From Candidatus Woesearchaeota archaeon (GTDB lineage: Archaea > Nanobdellota > Nanobdellia > Nanobdellales > CAZNIQ01), in assembly GCA_964573185.1 (NCBI GenBank), contig CAZNIQ010000026.1:1-8522 (forward strand): a stretch of 8,522 nt of DNA, in the 5' to 3' direction. The position numbers and the translations under genes were made by a program. The notes under the pieces are model-generated. The model did not search any database, was not told where the DNA came from, and saw nothing but the letters and a program-made list of their open reading frames with translations. Of this stretch, positions 1 to 5,229 are shown piece by piece (the first letter of the stretch is position 1; every line of letters starts with the position of its first letter).

Positions 1-1768
1 ATTCTGGCTCTTTTTTAGAGGGGTCTTTATAAATAGTAAAATCAGCATAGCCCAATTTGATTGTTATACCTCTCTTAATTTCTTCAGAGTACGTATCTAC
101 CCACTTTCCAGTTAGCGCCTGAGTTAATGTAGTATTATGTACTAAAATGCCGTTTGCAAAGAAATTATGTGTTTTAGGAACATGTAAATCAATTATTTTT
201 CCTTTATAATATATCTTTTCAATTTTAGTAACTCTGTCATACCAAATATAGCCTAAATACTTTCTTTTAAGGTATAAATACAATTCTTTCTGTTCTTTTG
301 TTTTAATATGCTTTTTAACAAATTTGAAATATTTAATTAGCATAGAATATGTTATTCTCTTTTTCTTTAGAGCATCTCTAAATCCTAAATACCATGGTTG
401 CTTTTTAATTCCAGCTCTTAATAATCTATTTAATCTTTTGAATTCTTCTGGATTAATTGGAATACTATATTTTGTATATTTTCCAAATTTCTTTAACATT
501 TCTCTCAATTTCCTTTCTTTCTCTTTGGAAGCCAATCCAATTTTCTTAGCAAATAAATAAACGTTGTATCCGCTAATTACTAATTCATAATATTCTTTAC
601 CGTTAACAACTTTCTTTCTGATTTGAGATAGAATACCAAAATATAAAAGTAAGTGTTGTAAAATGATGATGTTTCTATAGCTTTTTTGTGTTACAATGAT
701 TTCTCCAGCTGTTTTGTTTACATCTGCTTCAAATGAGAAGAAATATCTTAAGAAAACTCTCTTAAGATTCCTTGGTAACTTAAGAATCCAATGTGGCAAT
801 TCTTTTGAAAGATTAAACTTTGCTTTTAGATATTCAACAAAGAGCTTTGAGTTTATATGATAATCCTTATCATTATAGTTAACAGTTATGACTTTAGAAT
901 GTAGCCATTGCAAAATTTCATCTAAAAGTTCTATTTCTTTCTTCTGACTTAAGCTAATCCTTTTATCAAATAGCGAACCTTCAGCATAAAACAAAGCCAA
1001 GAATTTTATTAAATTCTCGTCAATCTTAATGTCTTCAATTATTAAAGAATCTTGGTAGTTTTTGTTGATGATTATTACTTTATCTTTTAGATCTTCTAAT
1101 CTTATTTTCTCCTTAGCGAGGATTTTAACAAAAATAGATAGATCTTTGTAATTGCTTTTCCAGACTTTAAATGTAGATTGTATATCAGCTAAAGAAACGT
1201 GCATAATTGCTGCAAGAATCTTTGCTTCCTCTTCAGTTATTTTATCTTTCTCTAAAATCTTCTTGATATCCCTCCAATCTAGAACGATATACCCTTTTCT
1301 CTCTAAAATATCTCTCCACCTTGTATTTATGATTATTTTTTTAGAACTTTCCTTTAATTTTCTTAGAACTGCTACATAATCTCCTTCTTTTAAATCTTTA
1401 GCTTTAATCCAGACTAGATTTCCATCTCTATTTACTAAAAACGGATGATTTGGTGTTACAATAATTTCCTTTCCACTTTGCGTTATAATTTTATACATCT
1501 CTCCTTCATAATCTTCTATATAAACTAAAGGCTTTACCCTTTTTATTTTCCCATCTCTATCTAATGTATAAATGTAATATGGATATTCTTTTACTATATA
1601 ATTTTCTCCTTTCTCAATTGTTTTGTATCTCTCTGTTTCTTGAATTATTTCGTTCCCAGTTTTTATAGAATCATTTAGCAAAACAAAGCTTTCTGGATGG
1701 ATGCATTTTCCATGGTCTACATGGCCAATCATTACAATTGACAAGTCAGGATAGATTTTCTTTTTCAT
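1..1768 (-). CDS. eif2g: translation initiation factor aIF2 gamma subunit, N-terminal part (ORF open at left window edge), interrupted by an intein
   Basis: Hand translation of the minus strand from ATG at 1768..1766 is open all the way to position 2. The N-extein is [21 protein letters not shown] (G1/P-loop). After the intein the C-extein reads [44 protein letters not shown], matching the aIF2-gamma signature GHVDHGKTTL..ALTG.W....[13 protein letters not shown]. It is absent from the ORF track only because no stop lies inside the window. Confidence 0.85.
   Translation of the reverse strand, partial: MKKKIYPDLSIVMIGHVDHGKCIHPESFVLLNDSIKTGNEIIQETERYKTIEKGENYIVKEYPYYIYTLDRDGKIKRVKPLVYIEDYEGEMYKIITQSGKEIIVTPNHPFLVNRDGNLVWIKAKDLKEGDYVAVLRKLKESSKKIIINTRWRDILERKGYIVLDWRDIKKILEKDKITEEEAKILAAIMHVSLADIQSTFKVWKSNYKDLSIFVKILAKEKIRLEDLKDKVIIINKNYQDSLIIEDIKIDENLIKFLALFYAEGSLFDKRISLSQKKEIELLDEILQWLHSKVITVNYNDKDYHINSKLFVEYLKAKFNLSKELPHWILKLPRNLKRVFLRYFFSFEADVNKTAGEIIVTQKSYRNIIILQHLLLYFGILSQIRKKVVNGKEYYELVISGYNVYLFAKKIGLASKEKERKLREMLKKFGKYTKYSIPINPEEFKRLNRLLRAGIKKQPWYLGFRDALKKKRITYSMLIKYFKFVKKHIKTKEQKELYLYLKRKYLGYIWYDRVTKIEKIYYKGKIIDLHVPKTHNFFANGILVHNTTLTQALTGKWVDTYSEEIKRGITIKLGYADFTIYKDPSKKEPE
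134..1705 (-). mobile_element. intein (524 aa) with LAGLIDADG homing-endonuclease domain inserted in the aIF2-gamma P-loop
   Basis: Starts with Cys (TGC, 1705..1703) directly after GHVDHGK. Block A is [11 protein letters not shown] and block B is IIVTPNHPF (TxxH). The two LAGLIDADG-type motifs are [10 protein letters not shown] (~1003..974) and [13 protein letters not shown] (~757..719). Block F is [16 protein letters not shown] and block G is ILVHN (Asn codon 136..134), followed by the +1 Thr (133..131). There are no internal stops or frameshifts. Confidence 0.85.
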
Positions 1769-1790
1769 TTTATTTCTTATGATTTAAGTT

Positions 1791-2861
1791 TTAAAAGGTA
1801 GTTCTTACTATTCTCTTTTCTTCATCTTTCTCGTAAATCTTTCCAAAGAAATGTTCACATGTCCATATGTTTGTTACCAAATGTCCTGTAAATTCAGAGG
1901 TCTGCAAAGCACCACCCACTAATCCTAAATACGGAATAAGATTATCCGCTAAATGATTATCTATAACACCATCTTTTTCTTCTTTTATAAATTTCTCCGC
2001 AGCTTCTTTACCTACCTCTTCAGCAGGTTTTCCTTTTTCTCCCCTAGCATCAGAACCTAAAACAACCCCATTCTCCCTTAAACCTACGATTGTGATAACA
2101 GAACCGGGAGATAAGGTTCTATCATACATCGTTATTTCAGCAATTTTTACATTATATTCTTTTTCTAAAATTTCTCTTGCAGCTTCTATTTGCCTTTCAG
2201 CAACTTTCCTTTTCTCTAGAACATCAGAAGCAAAAGAATAAACATATATTTCCTTTAAGGGCTTCTTTTCAGTTAAGTTATATCTTGGAACATTTTTTCT
2301 CAAATCATTTAAGAACTCCTCAACAGAATCATAGTTATCTCTTTTAAATCTTGGTTTTATTCTTACATATACCAAACCCCCTCCTTTTGGATAAAATCCT
2401 CTTCTCTGAACTTCAAATCTTAGATCATACACAAATCTTCTTAAATAAGGTAATATAACAAACCTAAAGTAATCTGCAGATGGAGACCAGGCAACATCGG
2501 TTCCACCTCTTATATAAAGCTCTGTTACTCTATTTGCGAAAAGCAAAGGTAAGATTACAGCTTGTAACAATAGAGTTATAGAACCAGCGGTGCCTATATC
2601 TATATTGTATTTTCCTCCTTCAATATAATAAGGATGGAATTCTACTTCTAAAGAACCGATTTCGATTCCTTTAGTTTTCGCACCTGAAATTTGAGCTAAG
2701 AATTTTAAAGCTGTCATATGCTGTGCTTTTAATCCAGGAGGATTTCTCCCTTTTCTTATGTTTATAATTTTAATAGGTTTCTTAAACAAGACAGATAATG
2801 CTGTAGCAGTTCTTACTATCTGTCCGCCAGCTTCCCCGTATCCTCCATCAATTATTAACAT
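1791..2861 (-). CDS. rtcA: RNA 3'-terminal phosphate cyclase
   Basis: 356-aa ORF. The N-terminus IIDGGYGEAGGQIVRTATALSVL matches the RtcA motif (IDGS.GEGGGQILRT..ALS). The DNHLADNLIPYL region contains the conserved His that is adenylylated in RtcA. Length is typical for the family. Confidence 0.9.
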   Translation of the reverse strand: MLIIDGGYGEAGGQIVRTATALSVLFKKPIKIINIRKGRNPPGLKAQHMTALKFLAQISGAKTKGIEIGSLEVEFHPYYIEGGKYNIDIGTAGSITLLLQAVILPLLFANRVTELYIRGGTDVAWSPSADYFRFVILPYLRRFVYDLRFEVQRRGFYPKGGGLVYVRIKPRFKRDNYDSVEEFLNDLRKNVPRYNLTEKKPLKEIYVYSFASDVLEKRKVAERQIEAAREILEKEYNVKIAEITMYDRTLSPGSVITIVGLRENGVVLGSDARGEKGKPAEEVGKEAAEKFIKEEKDGVIDNHLADNLIPYLGLVGGALQTSEFTGHLVTNIWTCEHFFGKIYEKDEEKRIVRTTF

Positions 2862-2896
2862 TGATTAAAGATAAGTTCTATATTAAAATAAGTTTT

Positions 2897-2945
2897 GTGA
2901 TGAACAACCGGATCTACTGAAAATGATGAAGGAGAGGAAAGCTGA
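2897..2945 (+). ncRNA. C/D box sRNA (2'-O-methylation guide)
   Basis: C box GUGAUGA 2897..2903; 13-nt guide ACAACCGGAUCUA; D' box CUGA 2917..2920; spacer AAA; C' box UGAUGA 2924..2929; 12-nt guide AGGAGAGGAAAG; D box CUGA 2942..2945, followed by UUUU. This is the canonical archaeal ~50-nt architecture. The reverse complement has no boxes. Confidence 0.85.
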
Positions 2946-2951
2946 TTTTAA

Positions 2952-3035
2952 TGGGCCCGCCGGGATTCGAACCCGGGACGGCTCTACGCCATCGGGGCCT
3001 CAGCCCGACCCCTTTGGCCGCTCGGGCACGGGCCC
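2952..3035 (-). tRNA. tRNA-Leu (anticodon GAG), type II with long variable arm, no intron, no encoded CCA
   Basis: Minus-strand read: GGGCCCG UG CCCG-AGCGGCCAA-AGGG G UCGGG CUGAGGC CCCGA UGGCGUAGAGCCGUC CCGGG UUCGAAU CCCGG CGGGCCC A. It has a 7-bp acceptor, a 5-bp anticodon stem, the loop CU-GAG-GC with G37, a 15-nt variable arm and a canonical T arm. The C10-G25 pair is slightly unusual. Confidence 0.9.
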
Positions 3036-3057
3036 AATAAACTTATAAATCCATTAC

Positions 3058-3067
3058 AATTTTTTAA
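3058..3067 (-). promoter_or_regulatory. TATA-like box for tRNA-Leu (TTAAAAAATT on minus strand, -32..-23 from tRNA +1)
   Basis: AT-only decamer at the distance expected for an archaeal TATA box if transcription starts at tRNA nucleotide 1 (3035). The tRNA-Pro and tRNA-Met genes in this window show the same spacing. Confidence 0.4.
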
Positions 3068-3071
3068 CCTT

Positions 3072-3401
3072 ATGTACAATCATCCAGAAGAAAGACATTT
3101 AACCACAAAAATTGATGTTTTATTAAAAATAGCTGATATTTTATTTTTCTATAAAGAAGGAAAGGCTGATTTATCCAAAACAAAAAGAAGACTTGCCTTT
3201 TTAAAACCAATAGTTAAAAGAAAATGGCCCGAAGAGTTTGAAGAATTGTATAAGGAAATCGATAAGGCAAAGGAAATATTAGAAAAATATGATAAGGAAG
3301 CTTATGATAAATGGATCGAATATCTTAAAGAAAATCATCCAGAAGCCATTAAGAAATTAGAGGCAGAAACCAAAAGCTCATTATTAGCTTTCTTTAAATA
3401 A
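3072..3401 (+). CDS. hypothetical small K/E-rich helical protein with C-terminal PIP-box-like tail (KSSLLAFFK*)
   Basis: 109-aa ORF. TTATAAAT at 3043..3050 lies about -30..-22 from the ATG. The extreme C-terminus is SSLLAFFK, close to the FEN-1 tail QSNLLSFFK in the same window. I recognise no family. Confidence 0.6.
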   Translation: MYNHPEERHLTTKIDVLLKIADILFFYKEGKADLSKTKRRLAFLKPIVKRKWPEEFEELYKEIDKAKEILEKYDKEAYDKWIEYLKENHPEAIKKLEAETKSSLLAFFK

Positions 3402-3659
3402 TTTTTCAATTTCTTTTATCAATTGCTCTGGCTTAATTCCTCTTCTCATTAATTGCAAAGCTAATTTGCGAGCTTTCCGCATACATTTTTTATGAATTTT
3501 AAATTTAATTCCTTGAAATTCAAATTCCTCATACTCCTCTCCAGGTTTAATTTCCTCCCCACAAAACACACATTTGTTTTCAAATTGTTTTAAAGCTTCT
3601 TGCAATTTCTCCTTATTTTCTTTTTTAGAGAATAAATTTTTTATCCAACCAAATACCAT
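3384..3659 (-). CDS. hypothetical small protein with C-x2-C...H-x2-C zinc-ribbon-like motif
   Basis: 91-aa ORF. CVFCGEEI...KIHKKC suggests a C2HC metal site. It is divergent from fen across a 33-bp spacer, and its 3' end overlaps the 3072..3401 ORF by 18 nt. Confidence 0.55.
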   Translation of the reverse strand: MVFGWIKNLFSKKENKEKLQEALKQFENKCVFCGEEIKPGEEYEEFEFQGIKFKIHKKCMRKARKLALQLMRRGIKPEQLIKEIEKLFKES

Positions 3660-3692
3660 TAAAAATTAAAAGCGAAATTAAAATAAAGCTTT

Positions 3693-4742
3693 ATGGGGCT
3701 AGCCGAAATACGCAATTTAATAAAACCTGTAATTAAAGAAATAGAGTTAAGAAGCTTATCAGGGAAAATCATAGCTATTGATGCTTTTAACTATTTATAC
3801 CAATTCTTAGCAGCTATAAGGCAAGAAGATGGAACCCCTCTTAAAGATTCTAAAGGGAGGATTACGTCTCATCTTTACGGACTGTTTTATAGGACTATAC
3901 ATTTAATGGAAGAAGGATTAAGGCCTGTGTTTGTTTTTGATGGTAAACATCCTGAATTTAAAAAAGAAGAGCAAAAAAGGAGAGAAGAGATGAAAAAGAA
4001 ATTAGAGGAGAAATATAAGAAAGTTTTAGAATTAGGTATAAAGAAGGATTTGAGAAAATATGCTCAAGGTATTGTAAGATTAACTCCAGATATGGTTAAG
4101 GATGCTATGAGACTTTTAGATGCAATGGGTATTCCCTATGTTCAAGCACCTTCTGAGGGAGAAGCACAAGCGGCATATATGGCTAGGAAAGGAGATGTGT
4201 ACTCTACAGCTTCTCAAGATTACGATTCTTTGTTATTTGGAAGTCCAAGGGTAGTAAGAAATCTCGCAATTACAGGAAAAAGAAAAGTTCCAAGAAAAGA
4301 TATATATGTTGAAATAAAGCCGGAATTAATAGAATTGGAAGAAGTATTAAAATATCTTGGTTTAACTAGAGAACAGCTAATTGCTTTAGCATTGTTAATT
4401 GGAACAGATTATAATCCTGACGGTATTCCAGGTGTCGGGTTAAAAACCGCATATGAATTAGTTAAAAAATTTGGAAATAATTTTGAAAAGTTATTTGAAT
4501 ACGTAAACTGGAAAAAATACTATCCTGAATTAGATTGGAGGGAATTAATGGAATTCTTTTTAGATCCTCCCGTAACAGATAATTATAAGATAGAATTTAA
4601 AGAGCCAGATGAGGAAAAAATAATAAAGATTTTAGTTGAGGAGCATGATTTTAATGAACAAAGAGTTAGAAATGCTATTGAAAGGTTAAAGAGAGCTATA
4701 AGAGCGGGAGCACAAAGTAATCTCTTATCTTTCTTTAAATAA
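3693..4742 (+). CDS. fen: flap endonuclease 1 (FEN-1)
   Basis: 349 aa. The N domain reads GK.IAIDAFNYLYQFLAAIRQEDGTPLKDSKGRITSHLYGLFYRTIHLMEEGLRPVFVFDG. The I domain contains PYVQAPSEGEAQAAYM...STASQDYDSLLFG. The H3TH region is LIGTDYNPDGIPGVG. The C-terminus carries a canonical PIP box, QSNLLSFF. Confidence 0.95.
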   Translation: MGLAEIRNLIKPVIKEIELRSLSGKIIAIDAFNYLYQFLAAIRQEDGTPLKDSKGRITSHLYGLFYRTIHLMEEGLRPVFVFDGKHPEFKKEEQKRREEMKKKLEEKYKKVLELGIKKDLRKYAQGIVRLTPDMVKDAMRLLDAMGIPYVQAPSEGEAQAAYMARKGDVYSTASQDYDSLLFGSPRVVRNLAITGKRKVPRKDIYVEIKPELIELEEVLKYLGLTREQLIALALLIGTDYNPDGIPGVGLKTAYELVKKFGNNFEKLFEYVNWKKYYPELDWRELMEFFLDPPVTDNYKIEFKEPDEEKIIKILVEEHDFNEQRVRNAIERLKRAIRAGAQSNLLSFFK

Positions 4743-5066
4743 CATATTTTCGTTTTTAATTATTTTATATAACATTCTAATTCTTTCTTTTATTTTTGTT
4801 ATTAATTCTGTTTGAGCTTTCAATCTTCTTTCCTTTAATTTTTGAACAATATCAGAATACCCTAATTCTGAAGCTTCTAAGATTTTTTCATCAAGGTATT
4901 TAATATAATTTCTAAGCATATAAATATCTTTAACCTCAAAAATCATTGAAATCAAAAATTTCAAACTAGGGTCTTCAGTTCTCTGCGCAACAGCTTTGAA
5001 AACGTATTCATAATACTTTATTGCCCAATCTATCTGTTCCAGCATAAGATATCTTGTTGTCATCAA
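4725..5066 (-). CDS. hypothetical helical protein
   Basis: 113-aa ORF with normal-looking composition that starts MM at 5066. Its 3' end overlaps fen by 18 nt. No recognisable motifs. Confidence 0.5.
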   Translation of the reverse strand: MMTTRYLMLEQIDWAIKYYEYVFKAVAQRTEDPSLKFLISMIFEVKDIYMLRNYIKYLDEKILEASELGYSDIVQKLKERRLKAQTELITKIKERIRMLYKIIKNENMLFKER

Positions 5067-5149
5067 TGCTAAATGACATTAAATTTTTAAATGTCTTACT
5101 ATTCAGTGATTAACCATAAAATATAACTTTTAAGTTTAACAATGTATTA

Positions 5150-5200
5150 ATGATGAGGGGTGCTGGGATACCGAAAATGAGGTTTGAGCCCCCTGTCTGA
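5150..5200 (+). ncRNA. candidate C/D box sRNA with degenerate internal boxes
   Basis: Perfect C box AUGAUGA (5150..5156) and D box CUGA (5197..5200) lie 40 nt apart, giving a 51-nt unit like the two clear sRNAs. The internal boxes are degenerate: D' CCGA (5171..5174) and C' AUGAGGU (5177..5183). The guides GGGGUGCUGGGAUA and UUGAGCCCCCUGU are GC-rich in an AT-rich spacer. Confidence 0.55.
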
Positions 5201-5229
5201 TTTTTAACTTTTAAATCTTCTGATTTTAC

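Noticed and set aside
324-560. 78-aa plus-strand ORF from the supplied track
   Set aside because: It lies antisense to the continuous aIF2-gamma/intein reading frame. The low-complexity F/L/I/N-rich product is typical of the shadow frame of an AT-rich gene.
1152-1379. 75-aa plus-strand ORF from the supplied track
   Set aside because: It is antisense to the intein coding sequence, which has clear Hint and LAGLIDADG motifs on the minus strand. The composition is low-complexity S/F/L/I.
5075-5095. Inverted repeat GACATT-AAATTTTTA-AATGTC between the 113-aa ORF start and the candidate sRNA
   Set aside because: It is a 6-bp AT-rich stem with a 9-nt loop in an AT-rich spacer and is plausibly due to chance. 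It more likely just contains the TATA region for the minus-strand ORF. There is no second copy in the window.
5181-5196. The D-guide region of the candidate sRNA (target ACAGGGGGCUCAAACC) resembles the tRNA(CAU) anticodon arm (GGCUCAUAACC)
   Set aside because: The match needs a 1-nt indel in the anticodon loop and mismatches in the stem. The N+5 position would fall in the stem rather than on C34. It may fit some other tRNA, for example a CAA anticodon arm, but that cannot be tested from this window.
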